IMG/VR virus record: IMGVR_UViG_3300020473_000015
Source of the DNA: a virus
DNA length: 64,000 nucleotides
Direction: 5' to 3' (one strand)
Under the pieces are notes generated by a model. The model worked only from the letters and a program-made list of their open reading frames with translations, was not told the origin of the DNA and did not search any database. How positions within the stretch are numbered: position 1 is the first letter of the stretch; each line of letters opens with the position of its first letter. The position numbers were made by a program, and so were the translations under genes. This document shows, in pieces, positions 8,414 to 15,518 of this stretch.

Positions 8414-8854
8414 ATGACAAACATTCCTACTTTCCCTGCTCCTTCTGCTTCTGTTGTTGAGATGGCGACCGGAAAACGCGCTCGCCTTCGTGCCGCTCGT
8501 CAGTGGATTAATGAGGCTCGCGCTACGTTGGCCGATGGTTCTGTTGTTGCTCCTTCGACTCGCTTGGCTATGAATGTCATGAAGTCAATTGTCGATGGTA
8601 TGCCAGCCGTCGATGTTGCCGTACAAGATGGCGAGTGGCAGTACGCTTTTCGCGTGAATGCTGCTATCGAAGCTGACAAGCTGCGCTCTGAGCGTTTTCA
8701 GGCTTTCATGGCAGAGGACCAGCCTTCAGAGGTTGGAATAGGTGTCTGTGACAGTTGTGGCCTTGTTGGTGCATCGGTGCGTAATCACTATGCACCAGAC
8801 GGAATGGGCTTTCCTACTCTTGTTTTTCAAAATTGCATCGATGGGTGCAAATAA
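8414..8854 (+). CDS. Hypothetical protein with C-terminal CxxC...C
   Basis: ATG 8414 (MTNIPTF) in frame with ORF 8351..8854. Confidence 0.65.
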   Translation: MTNIPTFPAPSASVVEMATGKRARLRAARQWINEARATLADGSVVAPSTRLAMNVMKSIVDGMPAVDVAVQDGEWQYAFRVNAAIEADKLRSERFQAFMAEDQPSEVGIGVCDSCGLVGASVRNHYAPDGMGFPTLVFQNCIDGCK

Positions 8855-8869
8855 ATTTCAAAAAAGTAC

Positions 8870-8898
8870 TTGACAAATCTCATTTAATGTGAGATAAT
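8870..8898 (+). promoter_or_regulatory. Early promoter P9
   Basis: TTGACA-N17-GATAAT followed by leader cagaaacaatcgaaaaaaaagg. Confidence 0.8.
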
Positions 8899-8932
8899 AC
8901 ATTCAGAAACAATCGAAAAAAAAGGAAATAAA

Positions 8933-9010
8933 ATGATTGTAATTGCTCTATCTATGTTCGCCGTCGCTTCAATTCTAACCAGCGTATTTGTCGCTCCAAA
9001 GGGGTGCTAA
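8933..9010 (+). CDS. Micro membrane peptide (25 aa)
   Basis: AAGGA SD, first ORF after P9; MIVIALSMFAVASILTSVFVAPKGC. Confidence 0.55.
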   Translation: MIVIALSMFAVASILTSVFVAPKGC

Positions 9011-9011
9011 T

Positions 9012-9509
9012 ATGAAAGCAGACGATATTTTAATGAAAAAGTGGTGTTTTGGGACTGGTCGAGGTCGAGTGAAGGCTCGTGAAGAGGCAGTGCAGGTAAA
9101 CGGAGAACTCCAAACCTACCGAACCTACCCCAAGTACAGGACGATTATCTTCAAGGTGGAGAAGGCTACCAAGAAGGGTAAACAATGGACTGTCGAGGGA
9201 AAGCAGTATTCTTCTTTGAACGGTAAGCCAAAGACAACTAAACTTGTGTTGAACGAAAAGAATGGTCTGCTCTATGTTCCAAACCAGAAACGCCCGTTTC
9301 TCAAGATTCAGAATCCGGGCCTATTGACAGAAGATGGCTTACCACCTGTTGGAAGTCTCATTACTGTCAACAAGAAGCATGCCATTGTTACGGCAGTGGG
9401 GCGCAATGAGTTGACTGTGTTTGTCAACAACAAAATTCAGACGATCACTTGTCGTCCCGGTACAATCAAGTGGCATTCTGACAAAATTCTAGCAAATGCG
9501 GTGAAATAA
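9012..9509 (+). CDS. Basic beta-rich hypothetical protein with C-terminal SH3-like segment
   Basis: ATG 9012; LPPVGSLITVNKKHAIVTAVG... Confidence 0.65.
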   Translation: MKADDILMKKWCFGTGRGRVKAREEAVQVNGELQTYRTYPKYRTIIFKVEKATKKGKQWTVEGKQYSSLNGKPKTTKLVLNEKNGLLYVPNQKRPFLKIQNPGLLTEDGLPPVGSLITVNKKHAIVTAVGRNELTVFVNNKIQTITCRPGTIKWHSDKILANAVK

Positions 9510-9510
9510 T

Positions 9511-9876
9511 ATGTTTGATTTAGCTTACGACGACTACTCTTTTGATACTGACGAAGAAATGTTCTTTGAGAGTGATGAAGATAAAGTACACGAGATGATT
9601 GAAAAATTCATTTCAGAGGAAACAAAGAAAAAAGAGTCTGTTCGCATCCATCAAAGTGGACGTGGCAGACCAAGAAAACACTTCACCAAGACAGTGACAT
9701 TCGTTGAGATGGAGGCTTCAGGATGGCTTAAAAAGGCTCCCAGAGGCCGCCCAAAGAAAGGCGAGGTAAGAGTCGAGGTAATGGTTCCAATTGGCGTAGA
9801 GATTGCTCCAGAGCGTTTCTACACGTATGAAAATGGTGTTTTGACGGAGACTTGGACAAGCCATGAACAACGCTAA
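9511..9876 (+). CDS. Acidic N-terminus plus two AT-hook motifs (HMGA/CarD-like DNA-binding protein)
   Basis: DDYSFDTDEEMFFESDED, then GRGRPRK and PRGRPKK. Confidence 0.65.
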   Translation: MFDLAYDDYSFDTDEEMFFESDEDKVHEMIEKFISEETKKKESVRIHQSGRGRPRKHFTKTVTFVEMEASGWLKKAPRGRPKKGEVRVEVMVPIGVEIAPERFYTYENGVLTETWTSHEQR

Positions 9877-10348
9877 AAGCTATAATACGGGAAAGCAGAA
9901 CGAAGCAGACTCATGGACAACGATGCGTCAGCATGGTTTTGTTCGCCCAACGTCGCAGCAAAGAAAGAATCTTGTCAAAGCCTACGCACAAGTAGGAAAA
10001 GAAATACGAGCGAAAGGCTTTGATTTGATTAAAGAATCCGATACAGAGACAATTAATAATCCAGACCAATTGGCAGAAGCAGTCGAAAACATTACACTTT
10101 TTGAACTGAAAACTGCTGGTAGGGAAAGGAAGTCGCCTGTAGAGGAGAATTGGTCTGGATTGGGATTCACCTTGACAGGCGCAGAGAAGCACAACGCAGA
10201 AGTGCTGAAAGATAAGTTTAGGTTTATCTTTCTCAATTTGAAGAATGGTGCTTTGCGTGAATGTAGGCTGGATGAATTCTTTTCTTCTGGTGTAGCGAAC
10301 ACTTACCCAACATGGTCAGTTTTTATCACAAAAGGCTTGACAAGCTGA
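9863..10348 (+). CDS. PD-(D/E)XK restriction-endonuclease-like protein (DUF3883-like)
   Basis: GFDLI...LFELKT...FTLTGAE...FRFIFL pattern. Confidence 0.5.
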   Translation: MNNAKSYNTGKQNEADSWTTMRQHGFVRPTSQQRKNLVKAYAQVGKEIRAKGFDLIKESDTETINNPDQLAEAVENITLFELKTAGRERKSPVEENWSGLGFTLTGAEKHNAEVLKDKFRFIFLNLKNGALRECRLDEFFSSGVANTYPTWSVFITKGLTS

Positions 10349-10365
10349 ATTCCACATGGTATAAT
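10337..10365 (+). promoter_or_regulatory. Early promoter P10
   Basis: TTGACA-N17-TATAAT (perfect consensus) with TG extension. Confidence 0.8.
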
Positions 10366-10396
10366 AATGACACCAACAAACGATTCGGAGAACAGT

Positions 10397-10570
10397 ATGG
10401 TTGATAAGATTATTCGTTACGAGAATGGAGAAATGAACACCACAGAAGTGGTTGAATTCTTTCAGGAACTAATTAACAATGGTTTAGCTTGGAGCCTTCA
10501 AGGACACTATGGTCGAACAGCCTCTCAGTTGATCGATCTTGGCCTTTGCGCTCACTCGGAGGAAAAATAA
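10397..10570 (+). CDS. Conserved-looking phage hypothetical protein
   Basis: ATG 10397 after GGAG; IIRYENGEM...LAWSLQGHYGRTA. Confidence 0.7.
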   Translation: MVDKIIRYENGEMNTTEVVEFFQELINNGLAWSLQGHYGRTASQLIDLGLCAHSEEK

Positions 10571-10938
10571 TGGGTTATCGTTCAGAAGTTGCTTTAGCAG
10601 TAAGTAAAGAATTAATGCCACGTTTCTTGACAGTCTTTGCAAAATGTCCAGAGGCTCAGGTGATGGTCTTCAAGGATCATGATAAAATGGATGAGGATTA
10701 TGATGGTGAAGGCACATTTTTTGTTTATTGGAGTGGCATCAAGTGGTACGAGAGCTTTCCAGAGGTAAGCGCTATTGAGAAATTTCTTGCAGAGTGCGAA
10801 CTTGATGACTTTGAGGATTTAGCAAATTCATATGAACATTATCGTTTTGTACGTTTAGGCGAAGAGCACGACGACGTTGAAATAATGGGCGACCTGTGCT
10901 CTTGGGACATTAACTTTAGAAGGGAATTGACGTTTTGA
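10570..10938 (+). CDS. Acidic phage hypothetical protein (MGYRSEV family)
   Basis: TAATG coupling to the upstream stop; MGYRSEVALAV...FVRLGEE. Confidence 0.75.
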   Translation: MGYRSEVALAVSKELMPRFLTVFAKCPEAQVMVFKDHDKMDEDYDGEGTFFVYWSGIKWYESFPEVSAIEKFLAECELDDFEDLANSYEHYRFVRLGEEHDDVEIMGDLCSWDINFRRELTF

Positions 10939-11028
10939 ACAGTGAAGAAATAGGCTATTTTGTCTTGTCGTTTGTATTAATTGCTGTAATTACAATGGTA
11001 CCGACATTCTTTGAGAAAAGAGAATAGA

Positions 11029-11226
11029 ATGAAAATTGGCGACCTAGTAGAACTATCCAGCAAAGGAAGGGGGATTCTTTGGTGTAGGCGATACAGAGAT
11101 AGAACGGGAATTGTAGTGGATGTTGCAGCACAGAACCAAAGGCTTCACACAGTTAAAGTTGTCTTCATGAACGCTGGAAGTGTATGGATTCATCGTAGTT
11201 ACGTCAAAATGGTTGCTAAAGGGTAA
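11029..11226 (+). CDS. MxVGDLV SH3/KOW-like mini-protein
   Basis: MKIGDLVEL...RTGIVVDV. Confidence 0.7.
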   Translation: MKIGDLVELSSKGRGILWCRRYRDRTGIVVDVAAQNQRLHTVKVVFMNAGSVWIHRSYVKMVAKG

Positions 11227-11261
11227 AATGAAGTTTTTTCATGTAGAAACTATATATCTAC

Positions 11262-11429
11262 ATGAAATTAAACGAGATTGTTAGATACAGAGAAAGCAAA
11301 GAATATGGACATCTTACAGGAAGGGTCAAAACAATTCATGGTCGAAAATGGCTCACAGTTGAATGGTCAGATGGTGTCAACGTTCGCGAGCACGTCGATG
11401 ACTTGATGTTCGAGGGCGAGAAAGGGTAA
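11262..11429 (+). CDS. SH3-like mini-protein (55 aa), divergent family member
   Basis: MKLNEIVRY...GRVKT...TVEWSDG...EHVDDL; below the ORF-track cutoff. Confidence 0.55.
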   Translation: MKLNEIVRYRESKEYGHLTGRVKTIHGRKWLTVEWSDGVNVREHVDDLMFEGEKG

Positions 11430-11471
11430 AACTCGTATCGGAAATTTTTTTCCCTTTTATTCAAAATATAC

Positions 11472-11500
11472 TTGACAAACAACACATTTTATGAGATAAT
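11472..11500 (+). promoter_or_regulatory. Early promoter P11
   Basis: TTGACA-N17-GATAAT. Confidence 0.8.
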
Positions 11501-11532
11501 GTATACATCAACAACTGGAAAAGGATTGAAAA

Positions 11533-11739
11533 ATGACCAGAAAAGACTTTAAAATGATTGCAGACATCCTCAAATTGCACACCACTAGCCATACTGCACA
11601 AGCATTGGCCTTAGACTTCGCACAGGCATTTCAAAAGACAAATCCTCGTTTTGATAAGAAACGGTTTCTTGATGCTTGTGGTCTTGAATATGTACGTTTA
11701 GGAAATGGTCGAGAGCTTCACATCATCGAAGGCAAGTAA
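11533..11739 (+). CDS. Phage hypothetical protein (MTRKDF family)
   Basis: AAGGA SD; MTRKDFKMIADIL...NPRFDKKRFLDAC. Confidence 0.75.
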   Translation: MTRKDFKMIADILKLHTTSHTAQALALDFAQAFQKTNPRFDKKRFLDACGLEYVRLGNGRELHIIEGK

Positions 11740-11742
11740 ACC

Positions 11743-11850
11743 ATGCAATATGCGGATTGGGACGCAATATATGCCCTTCTATGGTGGGCAGCAATAGTTA
11801 TACCATTGGGCTTTCTAATTGAATTCATAGAGGAGAAATACTTTGACTAA
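11743..11850 (+). CDS. Micro membrane peptide (35 aa)
   Basis: MQYADWDAIYALLWWAAIVIPLGFLIEFIEEKYFD. Confidence 0.55.
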   Translation: MQYADWDAIYALLWWAAIVIPLGFLIEFIEEKYFD

Positions 11851-12028
11851 ACACCCATTGGAAGCAGGAGCCTTAGTGCAGCGCAGTTTGTATCGTGGAT
11901 ATTATCAAGTGCTTCAAAAATATCGGCACGGAATTGACCACACCGGAGGTTTAAGGCTCGATCTCCTTTGTTTATCCACAGGCAAAATAGTCAGGGCTAT
12001 ACGTCCCAGCCGTGTAAAAGTGGTATAA
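11843..12028 (+). CDS. SH3-like mini-protein, divergent
   Basis: TTG after GAGGAG; LEAGALVQR...RPSRVKVV. Confidence 0.55.
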   Translation: MTKHPLEAGALVQRSLYRGYYQVLQKYRHGIDHTGGLRLDLLCLSTGKIVRAIRPSRVKVV

Positions 12029-12029
12029 A

Positions 12030-12215
12030 ATGAAGGTTGGTGACTTAGTGCGCGTAACAGGTCACGCTCGATATAAAGGACAAATTGGCATCGTAACTCA
12101 TATATTGCCGGGAGCATCGGGAACATATGAATTGTATTGGGTACACACACATAAAGATACATACCCATTTTTAAAAACAGACTTGGAGATAGTTGTTAAT
12201 GAGAATATTGATTAG
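12030..12215 (+). CDS. MxVGDLV SH3/KOW-like mini-protein
   Basis: MKVGDLVRVTG...KGQIGIV...DLEIV. Confidence 0.75.
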   Translation: MKVGDLVRVTGHARYKGQIGIVTHILPGASGTYELYWVHTHKDTYPFLKTDLEIVVNENID

Positions 12216-12426
12216 TCTAGCACTGTTGATGCTTACAGGATGTGCCATAACCGTTCAGGCACCAAAAGAAGAGTTGAGATTCTTTCATGATGAAAACAGA
12301 GGAAATGTTAGGTTTGTTTGTTGGAAAACAAATGATGTAGGATGGCAATGCAATCGCACAGACCTCAATTGGCCAAAAGAATGGTCGAGGGCAAGCAAAA
12401 CAATAAACCCAAAAAATAGCAAATAA
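12199..12426 (+). CDS. Small lipoprotein
   Basis: Lipobox LTGC after a hydrophobic signal; ATG 12199 after GGAG. Confidence 0.65.
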   Translation: MRILISLALLMLTGCAITVQAPKEELRFFHDENRGNVRFVCWKTNDVGWQCNRTDLNWPKEWSRASKTINPKNSK

Positions 12427-12427
12427 C

Positions 12428-12601
12428 ATGAAAAGAGGCGATTTAGTAAAATATACCGGAAGAGATGATACTGTTCATTATGGGGTTGTGATTGAGGTGG
12501 ATGAACGAACTTATGGTCCAGTGTTAGCGATACTTCAGGGCGAAAACTATAGCATGTGGTTTCAACGGCGCAATTTGGAGCTAGTCAATGCAAGTAGGTG
12601 A
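12428..12601 (+). CDS. SH3/KOW-like mini-protein, array member
   Basis: MKRGDLVKY...YGVVIEV...NLELVNASR. Confidence 0.75.
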   Translation: MKRGDLVKYTGRDDTVHYGVVIEVDERTYGPVLAILQGENYSMWFQRRNLELVNASR

Positions 12602-12749
12602 TTTGGTTAGGTATAAACAAGGCTCGTTGGACATGGTGGGCATCATCACAGGACAGAGATGTCATGGCGATTATTGGGTGCAGTTTGTTGACGGCACCAA
12701 ATCCCTTTGTCGCCATCGGTGCTTGGAGGTAATCAATGCAAGTAGGTGA
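12588..12749 (+). CDS. SH3/KOW-like mini-protein, array member
   Basis: MQVGDLVRY...MVGIIT...CLEVINASR. Confidence 0.75.
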   Translation: MQVGDLVRYKQGSLDMVGIITGQRCHGDYWVQFVDGTKSLCRHRCLEVINASR

Positions 12750-12900
12750 TTTAGTGAAATACTCTTACCACAAAAAAGTGGGTACAGGCATAATTGTGGG
12801 CTTTGATGAAGACGATGACCCAATAGTCAGAGACAATCGTAGCGGTGTTATCGCCGCATCATGGCGAAAAAAAGTAGAAATTATTAATAAAAGTTCTTGA
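12736..12900 (+). CDS. SH3/KOW-like mini-protein, array member
   Basis: MQVGDLVKY...GTGIIVG...KVEIINKSS; stop lies inside TTGACA. Confidence 0.75.
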   Translation: MQVGDLVKYSYHKKVGTGIIVGFDEDDDPIVRDNRSGVIAASWRKKVEIINKSS

Positions 12901-12925
12901 CAATTACTTCAATTCATGAGATAAT
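12897..12925 (+). promoter_or_regulatory. Early promoter P12
   Basis: TTGACA-N17-GATAAT followed by leader tagaaacagtcgagaaagg. Confidence 0.8.
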
Positions 12926-12955
12926 ACCTATAGAAACAGTCGAGAAAGGCAAAAC

Positions 12956-13189
12956 ATGCAAGCAACACCAATTCAAAATGCTCTCACAGTGCGTAACGCA
13001 GAAACTTTGCCCGATGGCGCAAAAGTGGTCACAATCGATGTAGCAGACTACATGGATTTTATCCGCACACCGCATGCCATTGAATACGATGGCGAAGTTT
13101 ATGGTCGCACTGGTTGGAATAGCGATAAATTCGTCGCATATTACAGAACAGACAGAAAAGTTGCGAGGGCAATCAGTGCAAGTCGGTGA
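12956..13189 (+). CDS. Hypothetical protein ending in the array junction
   Basis: Not an MxVGDLV protein but ends AISASR via the junction repeat. Confidence 0.7.
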   Translation: MQATPIQNALTVRNAETLPDGAKVVTIDVADYMDFIRTPHAIEYDGEVYGRTGWNSDKFVAYYRTDRKVARAISASR

Positions 13190-13352
13190 TTTGGTACGGA
13201 TTAAAGGCGCTAGTATGGTTCACCTTGTTAAGCGGGTCGAATCTGTCGCTAATTTCTATGAGAGCCTGCCACCTACAACGTGGGTGATCTTGGATGGTCA
13301 ACCTGTGCCGTACAAAGCGAGCAAAGTGGAGGTAATCAGTGCAAGTCGGTGA
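13176..13352 (+). CDS. SH3/KOW-like mini-protein, array member
   Basis: GTG start, MQVGDLVRI...KVEVISASR. Confidence 0.75.
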   Translation: MQVGDLVRIKGASMVHLVKRVESVANFYESLPPTTWVILDGQPVPYKASKVEVISASR

Positions 13353-13503
13353 TTTGGTGAAGGGTAAACTATGGGAAGAGTTGGGCATAGTAGTCTGTGT
13401 ACCTCCAATGCCTTCTATGATAGAAGTTTGCTGGACTGGAGAAAAGCCCAGAAGACAAAAGCATCTTTCGGGGGAACTGGAGGTAATCAGTGAAAGTCGG
13501 TGA
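13339..13503 (+). CDS. SH3/KOW-like mini-protein, array member
   Basis: GTG start, MQVGDLVKG...LGIVV...ELEVISESR. Confidence 0.75.
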   Translation: MQVGDLVKGKLWEELGIVVCVPPMPSMIEVCWTGEKPRRQKHLSGELEVISESR

Positions 13504-13702
13504 TTTAGTACAATTTGATTATGTCAATGGTCACACTAGCGAAGTCAACAACAAGATGGGATTGTACTTAGGTCCAAAGCCTTTGAAGCGCGAGGACGGA
13601 AAAATAATTAACAACTTCATGATTCAGCTTCTTGGAGAAACAACCCCAAGATTGTGTGATGGTTCAATGATGCGTTGGTTGAGGGTAGTAGAATGCAAGT
13701 AG
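13490..13702 (+). CDS. SH3/KOW-like mini-protein, array member
   Basis: MKVGDLVQF...MGLYLG...LRVVECK. Confidence 0.75.
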   Translation: MKVGDLVQFDYVNGHTSEVNNKMGLYLGPKPLKREDGKIINNFMIQLLGETTPRLCDGSMMRWLRVVECK

Positions 13703-13908
13703 GTGATTTAGTAAAGATTAAACGCGCCACTAATGGCGTACCACGTGGCACGTCGGCACTTATTATTAAGGTTCAGACTGCCAAAGACTTGAACAATGAG
13801 CCATTCCCCTTGTATATGGTGTCAATGAGCGTGAAGCCTTGGCGCACTGGACCGTATGAACGACAATATTTAGAAAAGGATTTGGAGGTCATCAGTGCAA
13901 GTAGGTGA
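13693..13908 (+). CDS. SH3/KOW-like mini-protein, array member
   Basis: MQVGDLVKI...DLEVISASR. Confidence 0.75.
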   Translation: MQVGDLVKIKRATNGVPRGTSALIIKVQTAKDLNNEPFPLYMVSMSVKPWRTGPYERQYLEKDLEVISASR

Positions 13909-14059
13909 TTTAGTAAAACACACATTGATTGAACGCCTTGGAATTGTGTTGAGGACACCAGAAGAAACAGGCAATGGTGATCATGAGGTATATTACAGTT
14001 ATGGCATGAAAGGGTATTGGAATAAACGTTGGATGAAATTAGTTCAAGAAAGTACTTGA
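13895..14059 (+). CDS. SH3/KOW-like mini-protein, array member
   Basis: GTG start, MQVGDLVKH...LGIVL...MKLVQEST; stop lies inside TTGACA. Confidence 0.75.
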   Translation: MQVGDLVKHTLIERLGIVLRTPEETGNGDHEVYYSYGMKGYWNKRWMKLVQEST

Positions 14060-14084
14060 CAAATTATAATTTCTATGAGATAAT
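14056..14084 (+). promoter_or_regulatory. Early promoter P13
   Basis: TTGACA-N17-GATAAT. Confidence 0.8.
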
Positions 14085-14107
14085 GTATATAGAAAGGTTG
14101 GAGGAAC

Positions 14108-14266
14108 ATGTACGACTGGAAAAAAGAAATGGATGCGAATTACAAACGTGTTAAAGCCAATTGGTGGCAAACAGGTAATCGCACGTGTCAAACTGCGGTA
14201 AGCGCAAGTTTTCAACTAGGGAAAGGAAAAGATTCGGAGAGCACAAAAGAATATAATGAAAAGTAA
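14108..14266 (+). CDS. Small hypothetical protein (52 aa)
   Basis: GGAGG SD, first ORF after P13; MYDWKKEMDANYKR... Confidence 0.6.
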   Translation: MYDWKKEMDANYKRVKANWWQTGNRTCQTAVSASFQLGKGKDSESTKEYNEK

Positions 14267-14354
14267 TTGGAAACAATTGTTATATTCAGTGCTGTTAGTA
14301 ATAGCAGCATTTCTCTTTGCTCATTGGTATCTCGTAACAGTAGAAGGTTTATAG
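14256..14354 (+). CDS. Micro membrane peptide (32 aa)
   Basis: MKSNWKQLLYSVLLVIAAFLFAHWYLVTVEGL. Confidence 0.5.
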   Translation: MKSNWKQLLYSVLLVIAAFLFAHWYLVTVEGL

Positions 14355-14355
14355 A

Positions 14356-14526
14356 ATGGAATATTTCGTACAAAGAATTAATCATGATCACTGGGTAAAC
14401 ATCTGTGGTCCATTTGGCTCAGAAGGTGAAGCTCGCATGTACGCTAGGAGTTGTACAAACAATTCTGTTTATGGTAAGCGAATTCGTATTGCTACAGGAT
14501 GTGGACGTGTTGTTGATATTCTGTAA
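14356..14526 (+). CDS. Small hypothetical protein (56 aa)
   Basis: MEYFVQR...WVNICGPFGSEGEARMYA... Confidence 0.55.
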   Translation: MEYFVQRINHDHWVNICGPFGSEGEARMYARSCTNNSVYGKRIRIATGCGRVVDIL

Positions 14527-14696
14527 TTATCTTTAGAGGTTGGGAGGTTAGCACAATCAATGTATTTTTAAAGGTACATAAATAAGCTAGGTGTAGAAAG
14601 TGGGATTAGGGTTAGTAGTATAAAGTCTATATATACAACCCTGTCAAGTGAAAACATTCTACACTTAGCTGTGCATTAATTCTACACATATATTTG

Positions 14697-14725
14697 TTGA
14701 CAGTCGCTAGGTGATATGTTATAAT
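14697..14725 (+). promoter_or_regulatory. Early promoter P14
   Basis: TTGACA-N17-TATAAT. Confidence 0.75.
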
Positions 14726-14734
14726 GGAGAAAAA

Positions 14735-14917
14735 ATGTTTCAAACACTAGGTACAATAACGCACGATATGTTGTTGTTAATATTACCTTTTGGTAGCGGT
14801 TACTTGTGCGATGACGAGGGTGAGCCATGCGAAGACTCACTAAAGGTTACGCTAATGTTACAATCAATATTTGTATTGACTAACCCGCATGACGCAAAAA
14901 AGGTAGAAATTAATTAG
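14735..14917 (+). CDS. Small hypothetical protein
   Basis: ATG 14735 after GGAG downstream of P14. Confidence 0.45.
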   Translation: MFQTLGTITHDMLLLILPFGSGYLCDDEGEPCEDSLKVTLMLQSIFVLTNPHDAKKVEIN

Positions 14918-14979
14918 TAATGATTACAACCACTTAGTTTAACTTTCTCTAGGTGGAGATAGAAAAAGATCGGAGAGTA

Positions 14980-15078
14980 ATGAATAATAATAAAGAAACT
15001 ATCGAATTGTTGACAGTACTAAGCGTATTAGTTGCTACAATGATAATAGGAGCATTCGACTTATGTGGCATGATATAA
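14980..15078 (+). CDS. Micro membrane peptide (32 aa)
   Basis: GGAG SD; MNNNKETIELLTVLSVLVATMIIGAFDLCGMI. Confidence 0.45.
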   Translation: MNNNKETIELLTVLSVLVATMIIGAFDLCGMI

Positions 15079-15199
15079 GACATCTATACAGGTACGCTTT
15101 ACATACTGCCTATGGTCAGTAGCGTAGCGCAAGTTGTGTTAGGAATATCTATGGGTATAGTAAGCTGGACATGGCTTAAAGGCTTAGGAGAGAACACAG

Positions 15200-15349
15200 A
15201 TGAATAAGGAACTGATAAAGAAGTTAGCCTCACAGATAGAATCAACGATAGTAGGTATGGACATTGCGCCAACAGTAGTGACAGTGGTAAAAAAAGTAAA
15301 GAAAAAGGCTTGACAAATGAAATAGCTTGTGTTATAATAAAAGCATGAA
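15200..15349 (+). CDS. Small hypothetical protein (49 aa)
   Basis: AGGAG SD; MNKELIKKLASQIE...; runs through promoter P15. Confidence 0.4.
15310..15338 (+). promoter_or_regulatory. Early-type promoter P15 with no ORF behind it
   Basis: TTGACA-N17-TATAAT; the first ATG downstream is ATG AAG TAA. Confidence 0.7.
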
Positions 15350-15507
15350 GTAAGAATAAAGACACCACCACTACCCCACCGGATATACCCGAATGTATGT
15401 CCTAGTAGGAAAATATGCGCGATTTGGGACGACTATATACACATGCATAACGCAGCCCAATTTTCCAGAATTAAAAAAATCCCCACAATAATTTTTGAGA
15501 CTTTACT

Positions 15508-15518
15508 AACTACTTATA
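15508..15518 (+). promoter_or_regulatory. Putative late-promoter motif (AACTACTTATA)
   Basis: Variant of the recurring ACTATTTAT motif at the head of the late gene block. Confidence 0.45.

Larger units (their letters stand above)
12577..13915 (+). repeat. Seven copies of a ~32-nt gene-junction repeat GGAGGTAATCA(G/A)TGCAAGT(A/C)GGTGATTT(A/G)GT
   Basis: Copies start at 12577, 12725, 13165, 13328, 13479, 13682 and 13884; a partial copy is at 8068. Confidence 0.9.

Noticed and set aside
12577-13915. CRISPR array from the ~32-nt repeated junction
   Set aside because: Intervals are 130-560 nt, unequal and protein-coding. The repeat contains SD/start/stop, is not palindromic, and no cas1/cas2 is present.
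12577-13915. Integron attC cassette array
   Set aside because: No inverted R/L boxes or imperfect palindrome, the genes overlap with no free attC spacer, and there is no tyrosine integrase in the window.
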